Below are positions 54,123 to 64,000 of a stretch of 64,000 nucleotides of DNA, piece after piece; position 1 is the stretch's first letter, and each line of letters opens with the position of its first letter. The notes beneath the pieces were generated by a model. The model was not told the DNA's origin, did no database searches, and worked only from the letters and a program-made list of their open reading frames with translations. The translations under genes were made by a program, and so were the position numbers. Source of the DNA: Lama glama (taxonomy: Eukaryota); assembly GCA_028534125.1 (NCBI GenBank), contig CM052832.1, positions 21,764,001 to 21,828,000 of the forward strand, read 5' to 3'.

Positions 54123-54564
54123 TTGTTTGCATGTTTTATGTCACATAATTAGCTGCAGTTATCCTTTCTAAGTACTTTTAAAAGCAGTATTCAATTTTGA
54201 TGCCTCTTCTAGGTTGTTCATATTGTCAGTTTTGACTTGCACTAATCTTGCACTAACAGAGGAAAAGTAGACTATAAATATTTAAAACTTGATACACAGA
54301 ATTTAAAATGTTTCTTAATGACTTCACAGATTCTCATTTCAGATTCTTATTGAACACTAGTTAATGAAACAATTACAGCATAATTCTATGTTCTCCTATA
54401 ATTATATTTTTTCTCATACAACTATCATGTTTTCTCATATAACTATCCATTTTCTCTAACTACAAAAATTATACATAGAAGAGGCATCAAAATTGAATAC
54501 TCCTTTTAAAAGTACTTACAAAGGATAAGTACAACTAATTATGTGATATAAAACATGCAAATAA
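54123..54564. repeat. Long inverted repeat: 89-bp arms (54123-54211 and 54476-54564), 264-bp spacer
   Basis: Manual alignment of the reverse complement of the left arm to the right arm gives 82/89 identical with no gaps. Confidence 0.95.
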
Positions 54565-54722
54565 TGTCAGTTATATCTTAATAAAACTGCAAAAGAATGC
54601 AAATAAAATCATTTCCTTATTTTAAAGTTGACTAAACTCTGCCTTCCTGACCTGAGATTCAACTTAAATCTATTTTATACTAAAAAAAAAATTTTTTTTT
54701 AATTTTTAAAGACTATGACCTG

Positions 54723-54879
54723 GGAGGAGGGTATAACTCAGTGGTAAAGTGCATGGCGTGCTTATTAGCATGCACGAGGTCTTGGGTTCAATCCCCAGTA
54801 CCTCGATTGAAATAAATAAATAAATAAACCTAATTACCTCTCCCCTGCAAAGAAAAAATTTTTTAATTAAATTAAAAAA
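54723..54879 (+). mobile_element. tRNA-derived SINE (camelid vic-1-like) with 15-bp TSD
   Basis: A/B-box-like head and (TAAA)n/poly-A tail; TSD AAAGACTATGA(C/T)CTG at 54708-54722 and 54880-54894 (1 mismatch). Confidence 0.92.
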
Positions 54880-55089
54880 AAAGACTATGATCTGATTTAT
54901 ATATAAGCTAACCAAATATACGCCTCCTATATTTGGACTGGTCAATGCACAAAGCAGTCAGGACAAAATTTTATGATTTTGTCTAAAAATAACTTTAACA
55001 AAAACCCTTCACAAGTATTAACTAAGCAGTATTTTTATAATATAGTTCAAACAATATATACATGTGCTTATTTCACTTTCCCCAATTAC

Positions 55090-55138
55090 CTTTAATTGTT
55101 TCCTCCACAACTTCTACCACTCGATCTATCTGTTGAAC
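55090..55138 (-). CDS. CDKAL1: CDKAL1 internal coding exon, 49 nt (VQQIDRVVEVVEETIK + first base of Gly); about exon 7 in human numbering, from recall
   Basis: Minus strand reads ttttctttatag|GTTCAACAGATAGATCGAGTGGTAGAAGTTGTGGAGGAAACAATTAAAG|gtaattggg, with canonical AG/GT. The peptide matches CDKAL1 as I recall it and is phase-compatible with the 37471-37591 exon. Confidence 0.96.
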
Positions 55139-56669
55139 CTATAAAGAAAACAAACTGTTAGACAAGCAATTTATATGGAGAAGAAACATTAATTTTTACG
55201 TACCCTTCTGCCTAAGTCAACATAACACATTTTTGAAGCGCACAAATGAAGGTTTTCTTTAATTAATGCATTTGGAGATAATATAAAAAATTCCATATTA
55301 ATGTTTTGTGTTACAATGAAGTATGAAATTATCACTCTCCTGTCCTCCAATTGTAATGAAGAAATAATATTACATTTAAATAAACTGCCTGGAGTTCTGT
55401 TAAGAAAGCCTATCAACATAAACACAACACATCTTGAGATATAAACTGAAGTTTCATTAAAATATGTTTCTTCACACAGAGCTTCAAGAAAAAAATGGCA
55501 TAATGACAACCCACACAAAGGACATGCTAGTATTAAGAAGATCTACTCCAAATTTTCTGCTTTATTATTTTAACAGTGAAACAAACCACTTTTAATGAAT
55601 CTCTACCATGTGCTGGATACTATGCTCAGGTCCATGGAATACAAAGTCAAGTAACAGCGCCTGCCCTAGACACCAGTGACTAAGGGAGATTTCCCAGCAT
55701 GCCATGCGAACACAGAGGAAAGGTAATAAAATAAGTCTGAGTAATCCAGGAGTGCTTTTCAGGGAACCAAAGGCAATTCCTGAGGGGTGAGCAGGATTAA
55801 GACAGGAGAAGCCCACTAAGCAGACTCAGCGTGGCTAGAGTTTAGAACGAAAATGAAAAAAGCAAAGATTGTAACCCAAGAGGAAGACAGCAAGGCAAGT
55901 AAGAATAGGTCATAAGCTGATATCCCTTCTACTTTAAAAAATCTCCAAAATCAATACTGTTTTCAGAAAAATAAAAAGGAGATAAAGTAACTCATAACAT
56001 CGTCCACTTCTGCTCCCTCAGATGACATCACTCAGAATGGTCTGATGAGCAGACACTAAGATATTTTCCAGTATTAAACATTTATACATAGTCCTGTTCT
56101 GTAGGGTTTTTCCATTACAAATTATGAGACAGACAGATGACATATAAGGTGGAGACCTGCTCCTTTGATTTTTGTTTCCTATATATCATCTATACATTTA
56201 GGTCTACTTCTTTCGTTTTACTAGCTGCCTAGTATCTCCTGTATAGATATAAAGCATTGATACATTCCCCTATTGATGGACATTTTTGTTATCCATAATC
56301 TTTCATTATTAGACAACAATGTTGCAATGAACTCCACTGAGACAAGAAGAACCTTTTTAAAATACTTTACTAAAAATGCAATGGCAAATCTCTTTGAAAT
56401 ATTCCTTTGGCCTAAGTGCCTTACAGGAAATAAGGGAAGACTTGTGAAAACATACGTGACTCCAGCACTGCCTGTCACCACTCCACCCAGCATGATGGTA
56501 GTAGTAACAATGATAATCACCAAGAAATTGTCAAAGCAAAGCAAATCTCAGAGAATGTTGGACCTTCAGTCCCAAATAAACCTACTTAACTGGAGATGGA
56601 TGTGTCTACCTGGAACTACTGGAACCATAATTTTCTGGTTTTATTAAGAGAATCCACATGGCTTTCTTA

Positions 56670-57620
56670 CAAAATGTATTCAAAGCCAGGATAATCCAGA
56701 GTTCAAAGAGGAAGAAGTAGCCAATAATGTCAAATGCTACAGAGATTACAAGTAACACAAAGACTAAAATGAATATGCTTGATTTTGCAACAAGGGGATC
56801 GATGAACTCAGGATAAACACTTCAGTAGTAATGAATCACAAATAAGAAAATGGTGACAGCTGATACAGACATCTCTTACAAAAAGCTGGGTCGAAAGAAG
56901 AGAGAGAGGACTCCTAGTAGCTTTAAAGCAAACAAACAAAAACCCTGAGTATACATGTGTTAGTATACTTAATTCTTTCCTTCTTTCTTTTCTTTTTTAA
57001 AGTTTACATACTGAGGGGAGAAAGGCCTCAGAGAAAAAGGGAGTGGAGACAGAAGAAATAATTGATGGAGCTAGATCCTTCAGGAGGTGAAGAGGGTAAG
57101 ATCCACAACACAGGCAGAGACATAAGCCCAGAATGGGAAAGGGGCCAAGCCATCTTCTATAAGAAAGGGAAGCATGGAAACAGGTACTAGAAGTCTCATA
57201 GGAGTCAGAGAGGGTATTAAGTACATTTCCCATCTGTTGGCCTCAGTTTTCTCAGTGAAATAAGAAGCAAGTTCATCTACTATGAGTGAGAAAGCATGTT
57301 GTTAAGTAAGAACAGAGTGGATGTTTAAGATACCTGTTAAAAGTTTTATAACTGTTAAAAGAAATGAAGACTAAAAACAGACAAAAACTGCCAGACAGTA
57401 CTGAGATTCTAGTAAAAATTAGATGCCATGAATTTTTAACAATGACTCCATAGATAGCCATAATTTTTCTCAGGGCTCAGCAGTTCTTATGCATGAAACA
57501 AACCGTTAAATAGACTGACCCCAATGTTTCTACATTTCATCATTCATTCATTCATTCATTAAACACCTAACATGTGCCAGGAAGGTTCAAAAGGCTGGGG
57601 GAACACCACTAAGAGATTAC
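56670..57620 (-). mobile_element. L2 fragments, including an (ATTC)n tail at ~57536-57560
   Basis: GTCAAATGCTACAGAG, GGCCTCAGTTTTCTCAGTGAAATAAGAAGCAAG and TTCATTCATTCATTAAACACCTAACATGTGCCAGG. Confidence 0.65.
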
Positions 57621-58334
57621 TAGGATGGATCTGAAAGACATGGAAAAAAGGAAATGAACTATGCATTTTGGATAAGATGAAACTTTACGTAATGGGTTAG
57701 ACAGAGAAAGAAGTAGAGCCAGAAAGGAGAAATAAAGTGGCTGGGGGTTGGAGGAAGGAAAGGAAAAAGGAAGGTGGGGGGTGGGAAAGAGGGTGGGAGG
57801 ATGGAGAAAGGAAAAGGAGAGGAGAGAACAAGAGATTATCATAGAGTACAGATATAAGCATTTAGGATTTCTGAAGAATAGCAAGATCCCAGATCTAGTC
57901 CTAAGAACATGTTGCTGAACAGGATGAAGGTGATAACCACTGGAGTTGTAGAAGTAAGGAAGTAAGAGGTTAGAGTACAATATACAGTCCATATTACATA
58001 TGGATCCTCAGACTGCCCATAATATTAGAAACATGGGTAGGATGAGGAAGGAAGAGTTGGTCAAATTTCCCAGTGAATGTAGGTGAACGACTAATGTATC
58101 AGTTGAGGTTAAAAGACAGAGAATAAAAAAAATACAAGATGAGATAATTCAATGATAAGAACGAAACCAAAAAGGCTTTCTTTTGCAGCTGGAGACATAA
58201 TAGTTCAAAGGGAGTGCTGCACACCCAAACTCAGAGCACATGGACTGAATAAGGAGCAGTATCCCTAGAGAAGAGTCAGGACAACATGTGGAGGGAGCAG
58301 TTATAAGGTTAAAAAGCTGAGGGCAGGCTAAAAC

Positions 58335-60120
58335 TGTAAAACTCTTAAAGGAAAACAGAGCCATAAATCTAGATCAACCTTGTAGAAGACAATGGTTTTC
58401 TAATATTACTTCAAAAGCTTGAGCAATGAAAGAAAAAAGGAAAGCTGAACACTACCAAGATTAAAACCTCTTGGTGCATCACAGGACACAAGCAACAAAA
58501 ATACCAAGACAACATCAAAAATAAGAGAAAATTTTTGCAGATTATTTACCTGATGAGGGAGCTGAATGGAGAATATATATATATATATAAAGCACTCCTA
58601 CACCTCAATAAAAAGCCAAATAAACCACTTGAAATTGGCGTAAGATCTGAATAGACATTTCTCCAAGGAAGATATACCAATGGCCAATAAGCACATGAAA
58701 AGATGTTCAGCATCACTGCCAACCAAAGAATGCAAATCAAAACCACAATGGAGGAAATGAGGAGTTATTGTTTAATGTGCATAGCTTTTCAGTTTGAAAA
58801 GATGAAAACATGCTGGAGCTGAATGGTGGTGATGGTTGCACAGCAGTGTGAATGTACTTAATGCCGCGAAACTACACACTTAACATTGGTTAAGACAGTA
58901 AATTTAATGTTATGTCTATTTTACCATAATGAGACACACTTCATACCCACTAGGATGGCTATAATCACAAGGACAGACAATAACCAGCAATGGGCAAGGC
59001 TATGGAGAAACTGGAACCCTTGTCACACACTGCTAGTGGGAATGCAATAAAATGATGCCACTGCTTTGGAAACCAGACTGGCAGATCCTCAAGTGGTTAA
59101 ACCATGCGATTCAGCAAGTCCAATCCTAGGTAAACATCCAAGAAAAATGAAAACATATGTCCACACCAAAACTTGTACACTAATATTCACAGCATTATTC
59201 CTAATACCAAACAGTGGAAAGAACCCAAGTCCCATCTATTGGTGAACAGATAAACAAAAGGTGTTACATCCATACAATGAAGTATCATTAAGCCATAAAG
59301 GGTAATGGCATATTGATCATGTTAAAACATTATGCTAAGAGAAAGCGAACTGAGAAAAGAAGAAAAATACTGTATGATTCCATGCATATGAAATAACCAG
59401 AACAGGGAAATCTTCAGAGACAAACTAGATTAGTGACTGCCTATGGATGGGTAGTGAAAGAAACGAGAAGGACTGTGTTTCTTTTTGGAGTGACGAAAAT
59501 ATTCTAAAACTGATTGTGGTTATGTCACATAACTCTGTGAATATGCTAAAAACCACTGAATTACACACTTTAAATGAGAATTGTATGGTGCTGGAATTAC
59601 ATCTCAAGAAAGCTGTTAATCTCCCCTCCCCACCCCCCAAAAAAAAGGTTGAGGGTGATCAAATGTTCTAATATCAAGGTCATGAAACTCAAGGAAAAAC
59701 TGAGGAAACATTCCACGTAAAGGAGATTTAAGAGACGTGACAACTGAATGCAACTTTGGACCTGAGATTTTTCTTTCTCTATACAAGACATTATTGGAAC
59801 AATTACCAAGATCTGGTTAAGACCTGCAGGCTAACTTATAGCATTTCACCAATGCTGATTTCCTGATTTTTATACTTGGACTACAGTGATGTAAGCGAAT
59901 GTCCCTGGTTTTTAAACACACGGATATTTAGAAGTAAAGGGGCATCATGTTGACATCTTACTCTCAAAAGGATCAGAAAACAAATGTGTAAATATAAAAA
60001 AAGAATGATAAGCAAATGTGGTAAAATATTAACATCTGGGGAATCTGGGTAAATGGTACATGTTAATTTTTATTTCTGCAACTTTTCCATGAGTGTGAAA
60101 TTATGTCAAAATAAAGGTTT
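58335..60120 (+). mobile_element. L1 (L1MC/MD-like) ORF2 end and 3' UTR, with nested L1 3' fragment at ~58751-58921
   Basis: GATCTGAATAGACATTTCTCCAAGGAAGATATAC..AAGCACATGAAAAGATGTTCA, CCCACTAGGATGGCTATAATC, AATACTGTATGATTCCA and GCAAATGTGGTAAAATATTAACA..AAAATAAA. Confidence 0.88.
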
Positions 60121-61070
60121 AAGTGTGTATGTGGGGGTGTGTGTTGAAGAGATTTTCTTTTACCCTAACGGCCACACAAAATTTACTTCAATGCATATAG
60201 CTGAAAACATATCCTCCAATTTTAGAAGAGTATTTGATTATCACATTTGCTTTTATAGCAGAAAATTATAGATGCTACCTACACCTGGTAAGTAACTGCT
60301 GGGTGTGAGGGAACCCTAGGACTTCGAAAGGAAGGCTCTACCAAACTTTAAGAAAAGGGGGGAAAAGCATTTGACTACAAAAAATGTAGGGGAGAAGTTC
60401 ATTAAAGGCTTTAAAGAAAATATTGTGTCATCTCCATTTCTAGTTAGAAGGATACTGGAGGAAGTGGTGGGAGGGAAAAAAGCAGCACACAAGAGAAGAC
60501 AGTGAAGAAAGGGAAGAGTAGGGGGAGGGGAATGAAGTGGGAGAGGAGGGAGTTAGGAGGAAAAAGCACAGGTGGGAGGCAGGGGGAGAAGCCAAAACAA
60601 TCCCGAGTGAGAACAAACTCAAGATTCACACACAGTAATGAAGAATACACTGAATTCATTCTAGGGAGAAGAGGAAAGCTGTTCTTAATTAATACTATAA
60701 ATTGTAGCCCTGGATACACAAGAGCTTAGTCTCTGGCATATAATTCAAATAAAATAAATAAAACAGTATCTTGTGTCCTTCAGGCACTTAGTTATAATTA
60801 TACAGGGAAACTAAGACATGCAGTATGTTCTATTACTGACTCCATATGTTCTTGACAATGAAGAAAGGAGTTGGTGAATAAACAATTCATAAATAACATT
60901 AATGAGTCATTCTGCTGCAGAACTTTTAAAAGAAACCCGTAAAAATATTTTATTCAGCTATTATGAACTACTCCAAATTTATAACTAAACATATATTGAA
61001 GAAACAAACCTATACGAAGTTACCTAAAGCAAATAAAAGACCTATTCTGAAGTTTCTTAATTGTTTAGAG

Positions 61071-61263
61071 CAGTGCTATCCAGGAGAACTTTCTAGAATG
61101 AAAGAAAGGTTTATATGCTGTGTTATCCAACATGGGAGCCACTAGCCATGTGTAGTTACTACGTACTTGAAATGTGGCTAACTGTGACTGAGGAACTGAC
61201 TTTTAATTTTAATTAACTTAAATATTCACATGTGGCCACTGACAACCATACTGGAAAGAACAC
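61071..61263 (+). mobile_element. hAT-Charlie MITE (MER3-like)
   Basis: CAGTGCTATCCA..AGAACTTTCT..AGCCACTAGCCATGTG..ACTTGAAATGTGGCTA..TGACTGAGGAACTGA..CACATGTGGC. Confidence 0.82.
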
Positions 61264-61829
61264 GTTTAAAATATGGCTAAGACAGCCACCCAGTTTGTGG
61301 TGATTTGTTAAGGCAATCTTAGGAGACTGGTACACACCTCAAACACAATTTTGCCAACTAGACTGAAAAACAGAGCACAGTCAGGAAACAAGCTGAGACA
61401 CCGTCCTGCAGTCCAAGGTTCTGCTTTCATACACACTTGAAGTGTCTTTTTTTCTGAACAACCAGCAATTAGATAAGTTAATGACTAGGAGTAACTCAGG
61501 GATGGTTAACATTTCCTGAGCAATTCCTAGGCTCTGTCTAACGTGTCATACACGCCATCACTTCTAATTCTCAACAACACTCCTACACGTTAGATACTTT
61601 GTCACTTCCTAGGCTGAGGGCACTAAGGCACAAGGATACCCTGCTAAATTCCTGCCAAGTGTTACTAGTGTATCTTACATAGAATGGCACATGGTAAACT
61701 TCCCTCTTCTAGCCACATGGAGGTCACCACTAAATGATCACAGAATGCTGTCCAGCTGAACCTGCACTTCCAAGTGACCCAGGCTGCAACTATTCCCCCA
61801 AACCCTCCCCGACAAGTCACCACCACCAT

Positions 61830-62340
61830 GCACCCATTCACTTGACGACGACCTATTAAGCACCAACCAAGCACTATGATTATTGTAGGAATGGGGGATA
61901 CAATGGTGAGAAGTACAAAATCTCTGCTTCGTGGGCTTTCCATTCTAACTGGGGGAGACAAACAATGGAAAATGTTCATTTCCTATCATGACAGATGCTA
62001 CAAAGAAAATAAAATCTGGGAGTAGCTGGAGGTAGAGAGAGCAATTTTGCTACAGGGGTCCAAGTAAACCTCTGAGCAGGTGTCATTAATCCTGGGACGT
62101 GAACCCTAAGACAGAAGCATCAGTGTGAACCTCCAGGGGGAAGAGTACATACAGGGGCTGAGAGACAGAGTGATGGAGAATGAGGGGCCCAGTGGAGGAG
62201 GATGAGGTCAGATGATTAGGGGAGGAAGACTATGTGAGACCTTACAACTCATATTATGCATTTAGATTTTATTCTACCTGCGAAAGGAAGTCATTGGAGG
62301 GTTAGCAGAACACTTCATCAGCATCACTCAGGCTAATTCT
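61830..62340 (-). mobile_element. L2 fragment
   Basis: GGGGATACAATGGTGA..CTCTGCTTCGTGGGCTTTCCATTCTA..GATGAGGTCAGA..GATTTTATTCT..GGAAGTCATTGGAGGGTT. Confidence 0.75.
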
Positions 62341-63576
62341 ACTGAGAATATGCCAAGGCTACTCTTTAACCACACCTCTCTATTACTTGGCGTGAGTCTT
62401 CTTATACTTGCATGAAGCTGCATGTAGTTTTACTATCTCTTTATTTTATCCTAAGACACTTCAAAATTCAGGAGTAACAAAGATTAATACATTATAAATG
62501 CACATAAACATTGATATATATATAGCAGAGCACTCTCATTAGCTCTCTTAATTTTGACTGTAAACAAGTAAACTAGGACAACCTGTCATTCTCATTCTAA
62601 TTAAGAAATAACAAACCAAAACTTTAAAACCACCTAAAAACTCTATCAACCTCTAAAAGAAAAAAATATCTTTCTAGCTCTGCTAAGAATTGTATTATTA
62701 AAAGTCTTTTCTATCAAATGTATGTTAAAATTTTTCATTTTTACCATAATGGGAGTTTGACTCAATAACCAGCATTTGACAGGTTGAAGTTCAGGACTGA
62801 CTTCTCTAAAGAAATATTTTTCTAAAAATTTTTCTTCAAGCTGTTAAGGAAAGTCCCTAACTCTATTAATGGTATTTGAAGAGAGAGTTCAATTTCCAAA
62901 TCTCTTAAATTTGGGGAAGTCCAGAGCAGTCACTTGCTAACTCCACTGGAAGAAAGATTCCTTGAATTCATAAGCCCGTGACAGGTCTGCTAATAAGTAA
63001 CACAAAAGAGCATTTGATGCTACACGTGGCTTAACTTTTTCAACAAAAGCTTTCTCATCTGCCAGTACAGTTTCATCTTCTTTCATCTCTTCATTGAGAA
63101 AAACTCTTCCTCAATAGCAGAAATAGCCCTTTCATCAAAAGTTATATGACAGCACATTCCGCACACCACTAAAAGCATACTTTCTACCTGAATGGTACCA
63201 GTGAGTGATGAACACACAGTAAGAGATAAAAAGTACTAATTGAAAGATGAAGCCAGACTAGATGGATGCCAGCAAAATGAAGATCGGTACCAGGAACTTT
63301 CTCCTATTAAATTCAGTTAAAATACCCATAAAACTTTCAGTATGAGGGAGAAAAATCTTTAAGCCACAATAACAAAACTCAGCATGGTAAATAAAGTTAA
63401 TTATATACAGAAACATTGGGACATTCAAAAATTATAACCATATTAAATAATAGGACATATTATTAAGTGAAAAATTATCTTTAAAGTGATACTAAAGTTG
63501 AAAACATAGTACTATAAGAACTAAAACAGAAATACACATTAGGGATATAAAACATCAATTAATAAACAATGTTATA

Positions 63577-63930
63577 TGTAGCAGGCAGAATAATGGCCTC
63601 GCAAAGATGGTCAAGTCCTGATCCCCCGAACCAGAGAATAATTTGCTGTGGAAGAAAGGTCAGAGGGAGATAGTATCTCTGGCCTTAAACACGGAAGAAG
63701 GTGGCCGGAGGTCAAGGAATGTGGGTGACCTCTAAAAGCTGGAAGGGCAGAGGAAAAGACTCTCCCCTAGAGCCTTCAGAAAAGAATACAGCCCTGTCAA
63801 TACGTTGATTTTAGTCCAGTAAAAACTCATGTCCAACTTCTTATCTCCAGAATTTTAAGATAATAAATACGTGTTGTTCTAAGCAACCATGTCTGTGGTA
63901 AATTTGTTATGGGGCATACAAAACTAGTAC
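63577..63930 (+). mobile_element. MaLR solo LTR (MLT1D-like)
   Basis: TGTAGCAGGCAGAATAATGGCC..AAAGCTGGAAGGGCA..CTCCCCTAGAGCCTTCAGAA..CTCCAGAATTTTAAGATAATAAAT..TTTGTTA. Confidence 0.88.
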
Positions 63931-64000
63931 ACTAATGAAGAAACATACACATGGCAGAGTTAGCAACATCAAAGAGGGAAAGGTAACTTTCAAAATAAAT

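Larger units (their letters stand above)
37592..55089 (-). other. CDKAL1: CDKAL1 intron (17,498 nt, GT-AG, phase 1)
   Basis: Bounded by the gtaatt donor at 55089 and the gaag acceptor at 37592. Confidence 0.92.
55139..64000 (-). other. CDKAL1: CDKAL1 intron (partial, continues past window end)
   Basis: Ends at the ttttctttatag acceptor (55139). No upstream CDKAL1 exon seen in 55139-64000. Confidence 0.85.

Noticed and set aside
54390..54463. CRISPR-like or other prokaryotic repeat-spacer array
   Set aside because: Units are degenerate and contiguous with no unique spacers, and the context is a mammalian intron.
62770..63190. Protein-like minus-strand stretches (MKEDETVLADEKAFVEKVKP..., PNLRDLEIELSLQIP...)
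   Set aside because: Short, in different frames, interrupted by stops, not matching CDKAL1 or any protein I recognise. A tBLASTx search would be needed to revive it as a pseudogene or TE relic.

Overview
Mammalian genomic DNA, most likely a camelid: it carries three copies of a tRNA-Ala-like SINE resembling the camelid vic-1 family, plus matching lineage-type L1 3' ends. The whole window lies inside the minus-strand gene CDKAL1 (tRNA-Lys(UUU) ms2t6A methylthiotransferase, radical SAM). Two coding exons are present: 55090-55138 (49 nt, VQQIDRVVEVVEETIK-G) and 37471-37591 (121 nt, [41 protein letters not shown]). They are phase-compatible and separated by a 17,498-nt GT-AG intron. The rest is intron, rich in L1, L2, MIR, MaLR/ERVL LTR and DNA-transposon relics. 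None of the supplied ORFs looks like a real gene; two are decayed L1 ORF2 pieces. I found no convincing novel multi-gene system. The most unusual structure is an 89-bp, 82/89-identical inverted repeat (54123-54564) about 0.5 kb downstream of the 49-nt exon, next to a SINE that creates cryptic splice signals. Repeat family names are from my recall of consensus sequences, and repeat boundaries are approximate.
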